From: an uncultured Thermodesulfobacteriota bacterium
Lineage (GTDB): Bacteria; Desulfobacterota; GWC2-55-46; JADFVP01
DNA: 64,000 nucleotides
NCBI GenBank assembly: GCA_964472295.1
Contig: CAYYJQ010000001.1
Location: 85,313 to 149,312 of the forward strand
Direction of reading: 5' to 3'
Positions 49,152 through 57,603 of the stretch are shown here, in pieces; positions within the stretch are counted from its first letter, which is position 1; each line of letters opens with the position of its first letter. The position numbers and the translations under genes were made by a program. The notes beneath the pieces were generated by a model. It worked only from the letters and a program-made list of their open reading frames with translations, was not told where the DNA came from and searched no databases.

Positions 49152-49757
49152 TTATACCCTGAATTTTGATAACTCATCTATGGCTTCATCGCTTGCGATG
49201 GCCATCACCGTAAGCCTCTGCCTGAGGGTATCCACCTTCAATGCGCTTCCAGGGGCCTCCATGGAACGGCTTATCTCCCCCATGCTTTGCTCAATGCCTC
49301 GGGAGAGGTCTTTTATGACGGCGAATCTAGCGCCGAAGACTGCCATTGCCATGTTAAAGGACTCCCGCACATCAGAGAGGCCCCTTGCGCCGGACTCAAC
49401 ACGCGCGGTGAAGTCGCCGTCCCCGGCCTTTTTCATGGCGCTCAGGTAAGGCGCGAGACCTGCCTCGAGACGCCTTACGAGAAAAAACGCCAGGACAAGG
49501 CCTCCAAGGGCGATAAAGAAGGCGCTCGCTATGGAGAGCTTCCATATTACAGGCCAGATTATATCCAAGGTGGAATTGGCCTGCAAGTGAATTTTATATA
49601 GCCTCGCATCGAGCGTCCTGTCAATGAGAAAATAGGATGCCGTAAAGTCCAGGAGGAGTCCCAGCCCGACTATTACTGCAAGGCCTATAACAAAACCTCC
49701 CTGAAGCCCTCTGGAGATAAAATACCTTCTCCTTCTCATTCCCGGGAATAGACCCAT
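49152..49757 (-). CDS. Small 2TM-HAMP membrane protein
   Basis: RRRRYFI N-terminus, two TMs, HAMP-like GDFT.RV...FN.AM, short coiled coil, no output domain. Confidence 0.75.
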   Translation of the reverse strand: MGLFPGMRRRRYFISRGLQGGFVIGLAVIVGLGLLLDFTASYFLIDRTLDARLYKIHLQANSTLDIIWPVIWKLSIASAFFIALGGLVLAFFLVRRLEAGLAPYLSAMKKAGDGDFTARVESGARGLSDVRESFNMAMAVFGARFAVIKDLSRGIEQSMGEISRSMEAPGSALKVDTLRQRLTVMAIASDEAIDELSKFRV

Positions 49758-49818
49758 TTCGCACCTCGCATATTATCATAAGGTAAGATTCATTTCAACT
49801 ACGTCCATAGGTCTGCGC

Positions 49819-50886
49819 TTACTTGACATGACAGGCAAGGCAGAGGTTGCTCCCGTAATTATTCATGACCAGTTCCGCGTGCCCCCTCGCGTAGGGGCTG
49901 TGACAGGTACCGCAACCTACGCGCCCGCCAAAGAGCTTTATCTGAGGAGGAAGGTCCTTAAGGGGCCTGTAGGCCCCATGATACTTTCTCCTTGCCTCAA
50001 AATAGGATACGCCCACAGGGTGAGTGAGGCCCGTGGTGTTGCTGTGCTGGCTCCTGAAGAGATCAAAGTTCGAGACCGTGGACTCGGAGCCAAAGGTAGC
50101 GTCATGGCAACTCATGCACTTTATGCTCACCTCGTCAAGGCGCACCGCACCTCTGTTTCCCCGGCCATAGGCGATCTTTACCACGCTGCCCATATGGGCG
50201 CTCACTCCCGATACGCTGTGCATGTTCTCATCAAGGCCGCTGTGGCAGAGCACGCAGAACCCCTGTCCTCTGGCCCTTGTCCGCAGATGAGCGGAACCAA
50301 ACCCTGTCTTATGCGCACGGTGGCAGGTTACGCAGGTTACCATGCCGCGCCAGTCAAGGGGGAGATACCCAGGTATGTCCCTCGTGGGCCTTACATCAAC
50401 GGGGTGCGTGAGGCCGTCCTCCTGGTTATGACACTTGCCGCAGAGCACAGTAACGTCTTTACGGAGCGTTGGTCTTCTCTCCCCTGGCGACGGAATCTTT
50501 ATGTGGCAGCCAAGGCACTTGCCCCTGAAGTCATGGTAACTCCCCCCCCTGCCGCCCCCCCGGGGTATCGAGGCCCGCCTGACCTGCCCAAGGGGCTCCA
50601 CGTACATATCCAGGGGCGCGTCGCCGCCCCGCCCCTCCCGCCCCCCGCGCGCCCCATCAGCACCTTCCGGCCCCTGCGCCCACTGCGTCTCTTCGGCTTC
50701 CTCGCCTGTAATCACCCACCTGCCCCATTGACGAAGCCTCTCCCACCGCCCCCCGGAGGCAAAAGAAGAGGAAGAGGCGATAATGACGATAATAAGGAAA
50801 GAGAGGAGGAGGCATATCTTCTTCACCTGTTTCTTTTCACTCCAGGTCAAGGATAAGCGCAGGGCCCGGCCAGGTCCTTCACTCAC
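49819..50886 (-). CDS. Heptaheme cytochrome c
   Basis: Signal/TM segment, Gly/Arg-rich linker, CLGCH, CGKCH, CVTCH, CVLCH, CMSCH, CGTCH, CLACH. Confidence 0.9.
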   Translation of the reverse strand: MSEGPGRALRLSLTWSEKKQVKKICLLLSFLIIVIIASSSSFASGGRWERLRQWGRWVITGEEAEETQWAQGPEGADGARGGREGRGGDAPLDMYVEPLGQVRRASIPRGGGRGGSYHDFRGKCLGCHIKIPSPGERRPTLRKDVTVLCGKCHNQEDGLTHPVDVRPTRDIPGYLPLDWRGMVTCVTCHRAHKTGFGSAHLRTRARGQGFCVLCHSGLDENMHSVSGVSAHMGSVVKIAYGRGNRGAVRLDEVSIKCMSCHDATFGSESTVSNFDLFRSQHSNTTGLTHPVGVSYFEARRKYHGAYRPLKDLPPQIKLFGGRVGCGTCHSPYARGHAELVMNNYGSNLCLACHVK

Positions 50887-51490
50887 CCGTGGTCTTAAGG
50901 TCCCGCACCCGTGTCCTGATACGCTCGGCGCGCCTCTTGAGTTCCTTCAGCCTTGCCCTTATCTCCTCTTCGTTGGCCCCGGCACTGCCCATGGCCGAGA
51001 CCTTTTGCGAGAGCTCACTGCAGGTCTCTCTCAGAAAGGCGAAGTCCCTCGCCGAGTCCGAGACAAGCCCGGCGAGCCTGCCGGCCATATTGTTCTTCTC
51101 CGTGGCCAGCATGGCGAACTGGTCCTTCTCCCTGAAAAATGTCTTGCCCGTGATGTCACCCGAGGCAAGACGCTCGAGGTCGCGGGCGAGCCTGAAAAGA
51201 GGACCCGCTATCTTGTGAGAGAAGAAAATGGAGACAAGGGCCGTAAAGACCACGGTGAGGACAAGTATGACCACGGAATATACCGAGGCCAGCATGAGGG
51301 AGAGGATATTTACCTTGAGGTTGTAGATGGTGTAGATGGCCTCGCCGTAGGAACGCCCAAGATCCCGGCCTGCGGCAAGATAAAGAAAGAGGGCAAAGGC
51401 CGCAAATCCGGCCAGTGTGAGGAGGCAGTACTTTAGACCAAACCACATCTCGTAACCACGCTCAAGGAGCGCTTCTCTCTTCATGGGCAT
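50879..51490 (-). CDS. Small 2TM-HAMP membrane protein (paralogue of 49152-49757)
   Basis: Two TMs, SHKIAGPLFRL...GDIT...FREKDQ, coiled coil. Confidence 0.8.
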   Translation of the reverse strand: MPMKREALLERGYEMWFGLKYCLLTLAGFAAFALFLYLAAGRDLGRSYGEAIYTIYNLKVNILSLMLASVYSVVILVLTVVFTALVSIFFSHKIAGPLFRLARDLERLASGDITGKTFFREKDQFAMLATEKNNMAGRLAGLVSDSARDFAFLRETCSELSQKVSAMGSAGANEEEIRARLKELKRRAERIRTRVRDLKTTGE

Positions 51491-51570
51491 CCCTCCAACT
51501 CACGGTCAAGGACCGCATCCTTCTTCATTGCGCCCCCACTCTCACTCTCAAGAAGCGCCTCCCTCGTCAT
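51481..51570 (-). CDS. Putative 29-aa leader ORF built from duplicated copies of the downstream N-terminus
   Basis: MTREALLESESGGAMKKDAVLDRELEGCP*; its TGA overlaps ATG 51484 (ATGA). Confidence 0.3.
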   Translation of the reverse strand: MTREALLESESGGAMKKDAVLDRELEGCP

Positions 51571-51763
51571 CGGCGCCCCTTGCGCGCCTTGTCCGGGTAT
51601 CAATGATGGAAAAGACAATAGGAGAGGTCCTCAAGGACCGGGCGGCTACTTAAGGTATCGGCTGGAAAGGCGGAAAGTTTAGGGCTTGAACAAGAGGCAG
51701 GCCCAGGAGGCCCCGGGCAATGAAAAAAGGCGCGAAGCGCGGGTATATTCACGCCAGACGCTG

Positions 51764-51793
51764 TTGACTCAGGGCCGCTTACTGTGTTATAAG
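51764..51793 (+). promoter_or_regulatory. Promoter of tRNA-Cys
   Basis: TTGACT-18 nt-TATAAG with an extended -10 TG. Confidence 0.6.
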
Positions 51794-51843
51794 GCATGGG
51801 TTCCGTGACCTTCAGGTCCGGTCCGGCCAGCAGAAACAATATT

Positions 51844-51919
51844 GGCGGCGTACCCAAGTGGCTAAGGGAGCAGTCTGCAAAACTGCCATCCAGCGGTTCG
51901 AATCCGCTCGCCGCCTCCA
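51844..51919 (+). tRNA. tRNA-Cys (GCA)
   Basis: GGCGGCG...GCAGT-CTGCAAA-ACTGC...GGTTCGAATCC...CGCCGCC-T-CCA; U73 discriminator. Confidence 0.97.
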
Positions 51920-51975
51920 GTTTTCGAGGAACGAAAGTAAAAAAAGGGGGTATGGATTTCCCTACTTTCTTTCAA

Positions 51976-52012
51976 GGAAAGTCTGATTAGTTCAGACTTT
52001 CCCGCAACACAG
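51976..52012 (+). mobile_element. MITE left-end fragment, copy 4
   Basis: GGAAAGTCTGATTAGTTCAGACTTTCCCGCAACACA. Confidence 0.7.
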
Positions 52013-52057
52013 GGATGGGTAAAGCCCGCCAAAACCCCCAAAACAACATAAAGTCTC

Positions 52058-52077
52058 GTAGGGTGGGCATTGCCCCC
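52058..52077 (+). repeat. GTAG-family REP element
   Basis: GTAGGGTGGGCATTGCCCCC (GTAG plus imperfect palindrome). Confidence 0.7.
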
Positions 52078-52118
52078 AAAAAAACAAGAGGGGCCCCGAA
52101 AAACGGGGCCCCTCTTGT
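52078..52118 (-). terminator. Intrinsic terminator of the ligase-GGT-M20 operon
   Basis: Perfect 15-bp stem ACAAGAGGGGCCCCG/CGGGGCCCCTCTTGT followed by a T-run on the minus strand. Confidence 0.9.
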
Positions 52119-52152
52119 CGTTTAATAAGACAACTTTAAATTTGGGATTCCC

Positions 52153-53394
52153 TCAGGGACAGGGCACAACCTCTGGCAGTCCCTTGAGGAGATAGCATGC
52201 CGATAACCATGAGAGGGTCTTTACGCCCACAAGGAGCGCCTCCTCATCAATATCAAAGTCCGGCGTATGGAGCTTTGCTGTAATGCCCTTTTTTTTATTT
52301 GAAGTGCCGAGGCGAAAGAGCGCGCCAGGTATCTTCTCTGTAAAATAGGCAAAGTCCTCGGCCCCCATCTTTGGCTGAGGCATGGTCACGACATTATCCT
52401 CGCCAAGCACATGCATGGCGCACCTTCTTATGAGCCCGTCAACGCCAGGGTCGTTCACCACGGCGGGAGTGCCGAACTCATAGTCCAGTTCATAGCCCCC
52501 GCCCATGCCCTCGGTTACTCCCTTTATGGTCTCTTCCACGAGGTCCCGCACCTTGAGCCTCTCGGCCCTGCTGAGTGTGCGCACCGTGCCCTCCATTTCC
52601 ACCCTGTCGGCTATAACGTTAATAGCCGTGCCGCCGTGAATGGTGCCTATGGAGATGACGGCATGGTGCAATGGGTCGGTGCGCCTGCTTACTATATGCT
52701 GCATTGCGTTAATAACAAGGGCGGCAAGGAGCACGGCGTCCACGCACTGGTGCGGCCTTGAGGCGTGGCCGCTCTTGCCCTTTACCACCACCCTGAACTT
52801 GTCCGCCGCGGCTGTCATTATGCCCGGCTTGTGGGCTATGGTCCCGGCCTCCATCTCAGGGAAACAATGGAGGGCCACAATGGCCCCGGGCACCGGGTCC
52901 TCGAGGGCCCCGTCTCTTATCATGGCATGGGCCCCGGCGATGCTCTTCTCCTCAGAGGGCTGAAAAATAAGTTTGACGTTCCCCCGGAGCCTCTCTCTCA
53001 GAGAAGAAAGGACCATGGCCGTGCCGAGGAGAACGGAGGTATGCACGTCATGACCACAGGCGTGCATGACGCCGGGAACGTCAGAGGCGTAATCCACTTT
53101 CTTGCAGTCCTGTATTGGAAGGGCGTCCATGTCGGCCCGAAGGGCCATTGTGCGCCCCTCGCCTGCCCCTCCCCTCACAATCCCAATGACCCCGTGGCCG
53201 CCTACGTTCCTTCTTACCTCCAGCCCGAGGCCCACAAGTACCTCTGCCACAAGGGCCGCTGTATTCTCTTCCTCTCCCGAGAGCTCGGGCGACTGATGGA
53301 GTACACGCCTCACATCGCGCACCCTCTCCATTACCGCCCCGGCCTCTTTTATTACTACATCGAAGAGTTGCGCCTCTTCCCTACTCTTGTCCAT
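52153..53394 (-). CDS. M20D family amidohydrolase
   Basis: LHQSPELS, RADMDALP, MHACGHD.H, FQPSEE, GHASRPH, AEDFA, LHTPDF. Confidence 0.93.
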   Translation of the reverse strand: MDKSREEAQLFDVVIKEAGAVMERVRDVRRVLHQSPELSGEEENTAALVAEVLVGLGLEVRRNVGGHGVIGIVRGGAGEGRTMALRADMDALPIQDCKKVDYASDVPGVMHACGHDVHTSVLLGTAMVLSSLRERLRGNVKLIFQPSEEKSIAGAHAMIRDGALEDPVPGAIVALHCFPEMEAGTIAHKPGIMTAAADKFRVVVKGKSGHASRPHQCVDAVLLAALVINAMQHIVSRRTDPLHHAVISIGTIHGGTAINVIADRVEMEGTVRTLSRAERLKVRDLVEETIKGVTEGMGGGYELDYEFGTPAVVNDPGVDGLIRRCAMHVLGEDNVVTMPQPKMGAEDFAYFTEKIPGALFRLGTSNKKKGITAKLHTPDFDIDEEALLVGVKTLSWLSACYLLKGLPEVVPCP

Positions 53395-53465
53395 GCCGGC
53401 AATACTCCTTTCAAAATATCTTCATAACGCAAGGGGCCCTTTGTGCAAGGCCCGGACGCGCTGTA

Positions 53466-55085
53466 TTAAAGACAGCTACCCTCATCATCTCCGCCGCCGT
53501 GCTCCACCACGGCTCCGCCCCGGCGCCCGTCCCCTGAGGCCGTAAAACCGCCCTCTCGGCAGAGTATGGTATGGACGCCGCCAAAGTACATATCCTTCCT
53601 GGTCCAGCGCTTGACACGCACGCCCATGTCCTCGATGGTATCCATCTCCCCGACGGCCACACCGGCCTCAACGTCAAGGACGCCGCCCTCAAAGTGCACC
53701 CGCGGCGCGTTCACGGCCTCAAAGACGGGGAGACCAAAGTCAACTATATTGAGTATGGTCTGGAGTATGGCGCTCCGAATCCTCTTCGACCCCCCTGTGC
53801 CGAGAATAATCTCCCCCTTTCCCTCTCGCGTTACTATGGTTGGGGCCATCATGGAACTGAGCCTTACCCCCGGCGCAAACCTGTGAAACCCCTGGGGGTT
53901 GAGGTCGTGCTCGCCGAGCATATTGTTCATCATTATGCCTGTTCCTGGTATCATGAAACCAGAACCCATGCCCACAGACGTTGTAAGGGAGACCATGTTG
54001 CCCTCTTCATCGGCCACGCTTATATGGGTGGTGTCGCCGAGGGGACGTGCCGCGGCCCTGCCCGCGAGGTCCTCCCTGAAGGGCCCCATGTGCTCATTGG
54101 ATAGAAACCACTCCGAGAGCCCATCCTCAAAGAGGCGGGCATCAAAGGAATCTCGCCGGGCCCTGTCCGTCACCTCCATTACATGGGCAAGTCGCGCCAT
54201 GTAATGGGCGGAATTATGCCCAGACCCCGCGACGTCCATGTCCTCGAGGAGTTTAAGGGAGAAGGCTATGAGCGTACCCCCCGATGATGGCGGGGGGTTG
54301 GTGTATATGGTCCTCCTGCGGTACTTGAACTCAAGGGGCTTTCTTACGATGGGCCTGTACCGATCGAGGTCTTCCGCCGTGATAAGCCCGCCCATTGCGG
54401 GCCCGAACTCCTTTACAAGTCCCTCCGCGAGATGCCCCCTGTAAAAACTCCTGAGCCCGTCTCTTACGAGAGACTCGAAGGCGCGCGCCATGTTCTCGTG
54501 CACGATTACGCCTCCCTCTGGTATGGAAGCGCCCCCTGGCAGATATACTGTTGAGGACTCCTCCGAGGAGCGGAGCATGGGCTCAAGAAGGGTGTTGAAG
54601 TAGGCCTGCGCGGCATTTACAGGGACCCCGCCGCGGGCCATGGTTATGGCGGGCTCAAGGAGAACATCCACTGGCAGTCGGCAATGCCTCCTGTGCACCA
54701 TCTCGAGGCCCGCGATTACGCCGGGCACCCCTGATGACGCCCTGCCTATATACACTTCCTGGAGCGCGTCGGCAAAATCAATATGGAGGGGGAAAAAATC
54801 AAGGTCCTTGCCACCCCCCTTGTTCCCCTTGCCACAGTTGCCCCCCTTCTCAAACTCAGGGCCGAGCCCTGGCATGGCCGTAAAGAAATCATAGAGGATA
54901 TTGGCGCCTTCTGCCGTACGCGCGTTCATGAAACCGCCGCCTCCGGCGCTCGTAAGGGCGCTCTCAGCCACAAATGAAGCAAAGGACGCGGCAACCGCCG
55001 CGTCAAAGGCATTACCGCCTCTCTCGAACATCTCTGCCCCGGCCCTGGCCGTAAGTTCGTGCCCGGCGGCGATTATTCCCCTCAA
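53466..55085 (-). CDS. ggt: Gamma-glutamyltransferase
   Basis: GGNAFDAAVA, GGGGF, GVPG, PPPSSGG, autocleavage GD|TTHISV, SSMMAP, GTGGS; TTG start 55085 overlaps the upstream stop. Confidence 0.92.
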   Translation of the reverse strand: MRGIIAAGHELTARAGAEMFERGGNAFDAAVAASFASFVAESALTSAGGGGFMNARTAEGANILYDFFTAMPGLGPEFEKGGNCGKGNKGGGKDLDFFPLHIDFADALQEVYIGRASSGVPGVIAGLEMVHRRHCRLPVDVLLEPAITMARGGVPVNAAQAYFNTLLEPMLRSSEESSTVYLPGGASIPEGGVIVHENMARAFESLVRDGLRSFYRGHLAEGLVKEFGPAMGGLITAEDLDRYRPIVRKPLEFKYRRRTIYTNPPPSSGGTLIAFSLKLLEDMDVAGSGHNSAHYMARLAHVMEVTDRARRDSFDARLFEDGLSEWFLSNEHMGPFREDLAGRAAARPLGDTTHISVADEEGNMVSLTTSVGMGSGFMIPGTGIMMNNMLGEHDLNPQGFHRFAPGVRLSSMMAPTIVTREGKGEIILGTGGSKRIRSAILQTILNIVDFGLPVFEAVNAPRVHFEGGVLDVEAGVAVGEMDTIEDMGVRVKRWTRKDMYFGGVHTILCREGGFTASGDGRRGGAVVEHGGGDDEGSCL

Positions 55086-56233
55086 GGCTCCAGGACCTCC
55101 TCTTCTCCCGCAGGCAGTATATCCCCGGCGAAGATACGCGCGAGCTCTCCTGCAAGGGCCTTGAGCCCTCCCATTTTCTCGCATATCTCAATCTGCCTCT
55201 GGGCGCCGGTACGGCCACCTGAGATAGTCGTTCTCAAACCCCCAAGATACCTGTCAATGCCCAGCATGGAACTCCCCTCGCCGCACCAGTCAAGAAGACC
55301 GGTGAGAGCCTCTATGGCTCCCGATGTACCGGTGCCATCCTCGGTGATGAACTTCGCCTCCAGGCCGAACCTGCAGGCACGCCACTTGTTCTCTCTTATT
55401 ATGGCCGAGTGGGGCCTCACAAAGCATACGCCGCGGTCAAAGTCCTCGCCGAACTTCTTCACAAGGGCCTGTACAAAGGCGGCTATTTCCATTACCTCGC
55501 TGAGCGTGGAGGGTATGTCGCAGATCCTTATCTCAATGGTGCCAAAATCAGGATGGGGACGCACATCCCACCAGAGCTCGCGTATGGTCTTTATGGTGCC
55601 TGTCGCGAGGTAACTGTTTACAAGCCGTGCGTAGTCCGAGAAGTTATGAAAATAAAAGGGCATGCCGCCTATGGGAAGGTTCTCAAAGACCTTTGTCCTG
55701 TAGGACCTGAGCCCCGTGTTCTCTCCCTCCCAGAAGGGCGAGTTGGCGGAAAGGGCAAGGAGATGGGGGAGGTAATAGAGTATCCTGTTCATAATATAGA
55801 TACACCTCTCGGCGCCGCGCACCCCAACGTGTACGTGAAGGCCGAAGATATTGAACCTTCGGGCCACCATCTGGAGGTTCTCGACGAGTTCGAGGTAACG
55901 GGTGTCAGGTGTGACGGTCTGGGCCTTCCAGCGCGAGAAGGGATGGGTGCTTGCCGCGGCTATGAGCACGCCCTGACGCCGGGCCTCTTCTATGACAGGG
56001 ACGAGTTTTTCACGAAGGTCTGCCTCTGCCTCAGCTATGCTGTAGCATTTTTTCGAGACAACCTCGAGGTTGGAACGCATGAGTTCATGCTTCACCGCTC
56101 CGCCAAGCCCGTCAAGGGAATCGATGATACGCGAGGCACGGGGTGCAAGTTCACAGGTCTTCGCGTCAATGAGTTGAAGTTCCAGTTCCACGCCAACGGT
56201 GTGGTCTTCAGTGCCATTATAGATTATTTCCAT
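55082..56233 (-). CDS. YbdK/GCS2-family carboxylate-amine (glutamate--cysteine) ligase
   Basis: TVGVELELQL, HELMRS.LE, STHPFS, FGLHVHVG, SANSPFW, WWDVRP.P.FGTIEIRICD, ENKWRA.R.G. Confidence 0.93.
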   Translation of the reverse strand: MEIIYNGTEDHTVGVELELQLIDAKTCELAPRASRIIDSLDGLGGAVKHELMRSNLEVVSKKCYSIAEAEADLREKLVPVIEEARRQGVLIAAASTHPFSRWKAQTVTPDTRYLELVENLQMVARRFNIFGLHVHVGVRGAERCIYIMNRILYYLPHLLALSANSPFWEGENTGLRSYRTKVFENLPIGGMPFYFHNFSDYARLVNSYLATGTIKTIRELWWDVRPHPDFGTIEIRICDIPSTLSEVMEIAAFVQALVKKFGEDFDRGVCFVRPHSAIIRENKWRACRFGLEAKFITEDGTGTSGAIEALTGLLDWCGEGSSMLGIDRYLGGLRTTISGGRTGAQRQIEICEKMGGLKALAGELARIFAGDILPAGEEEVLEP

Positions 56234-56273
56234 ATGCCCTTATTCCCTTTACAAAGCATGTTGGATAATTTTT

Positions 56274-56294
56274 GGTGGGCAGTGCCCACCCTAC
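56274..56294 (-). repeat. GTAG-family REP element
   Basis: Reverse complement GTAGGGTGGGCACTGCCCACC (GTAG plus perfect palindrome). Confidence 0.8.
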
Positions 56295-56518
56295 CCCTAT
56301 TGGTTTTCTTTGACGCGGTTTCTTCCTTGCAAAGTGTGCCTGCTATACATCACGACCCAAAAATTTAGAGGGACATGGCCACCCAATCTAAAAACTTTCT
56401 TTTTTCTAAAAGAAAGCAAGTCTTTCAATATGCGGGCGAAGCCCGCTCCACTTCTATATTCTTTCTTCTTTTTATTGGCAAGCGGCCCGCCCTGTCCATC
56501 TCTATCTTTTTCCTCTCT

Positions 56519-56971
56519 TCAGAGGTCCACGAGGATATTTCCGTCCTCTACCTTCACCTTGAAGGTCTTAAGGTTACAGGTCGTTATATGGGCCATGAGA
56601 CCTGCCATGCGTTTTAAAAGAAACGACTTCATATTACTACATCTTGTCAAGTCTGCCATGAGCCCGCCCATCCGCCGCGAAAAAGATGAAAGGCCCTCAG
56701 GCAGTTTATAGTTTTCCGCGTAGCCATGGAGCATTGGGCCGCTAAGGAGCCTTCCGCTCTTTACATCGAACTGCGAGTAATGCATGGGGCAGGTAATGAT
56801 ATACCCAACAAGTGTGCCCTTATCAATGGGCGCGTTCATATGGCCGCACCTTCTTGAGACTGCATAGTATCTGCCGCCGTCATTACAGACGGTTATCTCG
56901 CTCCCCCGGACCTCATAGCCCTTCATCCCGCCTGGCGCTATATCGTCTTTATGCGCGACTCTTACGAACAT
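56519..56971 (-). CDS. Rieske-type ferredoxin with internal 21-aa duplication
   Basis: RCGH...TCPMH.S.FD..SG Rieske motif. Confidence 0.88.
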   Translation of the reverse strand: MFVRVAHKDDIAPGGMKGYEVRGSEITVCNDGGRYYAVSRRCGHMNAPIDKGTLVGYIITCPMHYSQFDVKSGRLLSGPMLHGYAENYKLPEGLSSFSRRMGGLMADLTRCSNMKSFLLKRMAGLMAHITTCNLKTFKVKVEDGNILVDL

Positions 56972-56989
56972 CTTTCCTGAACTCAGTCC

Positions 56990-57340
56990 TCACCGTGGAG
57001 GGGGAATAATCTCCAGCGCGTCGGGGTCGGTTACGTCCTTATGCACAAAGAGTCCGCACCAGCACCGGCGCATGGCGTCGAAGTGTTTCCTGTGAAAGGG
57101 TATGCAGGGGCAGACTATGCGCATGTTCTGCTCATGGTCTTTTGTAAGTCCCTGGCAGGGGCAGAAAGGCATCCCCTCGCGGGCCTCTATGAGGACTTCC
57201 TGCTCAAGGAGGAAGTCCACAATCTCTTCATCAGGGCTGAACTTGTACCCGAGGAGGTCAACGACGTACTCGAAGAGAAACTTGAGGGCCTTCTTTCGCG
57301 GCTCAAGCGAGGCATTCTCTTCCTCTCTTACCTTTCCCAT
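56990..57340 (-). CDS. Ferredoxin:thioredoxin reductase catalytic-subunit-like protein
   Basis: G..FCPC...CPC...CWCGLFV motif triad. Confidence 0.9.
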   Translation of the reverse strand: MGKVREEENASLEPRKKALKFLFEYVVDLLGYKFSPDEEIVDFLLEQEVLIEAREGMPFCPCQGLTKDHEQNMRIVCPCIPFHRKHFDAMRRCWCGLFVHKDVTDPDALEIIPPPR

Positions 57341-57603
57341 GGTTTCTTTTTCATCTTCATCCCAAGGAGCTGCGCGTATCTCTCCGGGCTATACCCAACT
57401 ACCACATCATCGCCTATCTTTACCCATGGAAAGGCCGGCGAGTCCGAGGTGTCCATCTCTTGCTGAATCCTTGCCCTCGCATCATCGTCGGAGTTATCGT
57501 ACTCCCTATACTCAAAGTCCACGTTATTATCCTCGAAAAACTTCTTTGTCTTTCTGCACCCGGGGCAGGAGCTGAGGGCGTAAAACAGGACCTTTTTCAT
57601 CAT
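57328..57603 (-). CDS. Glutaredoxin/NrdH-like redoxin
   Basis: YALSSCPGC.KTK.F, AFP, VVGY; start moved to ATG 57603, overlapping the upstream TGA. Confidence 0.9.
   Translation of the reverse strand: MMKKVLFYALSSCPGCRKTKKFFEDNNVDFEYREYDNSDDDARARIQQEMDTSDSPAFPWVKIGDDVVVGYSPERYAQLLGMKMKKKPWER

Noticed and set aside
50550-50650. G/C homopolymer runs in the heptaheme gene as phase-variation tracts
   Set aside because: The runs are 8 nt or shorter, explained by a Gly/Arg-rich linker, and the frame is intact
51844-51919. tRNA-Cys or tRNA(CAT) as the attachment site of an integrated island
   Set aside because: No duplicated tRNA 3' end and no integrase was seen in the window
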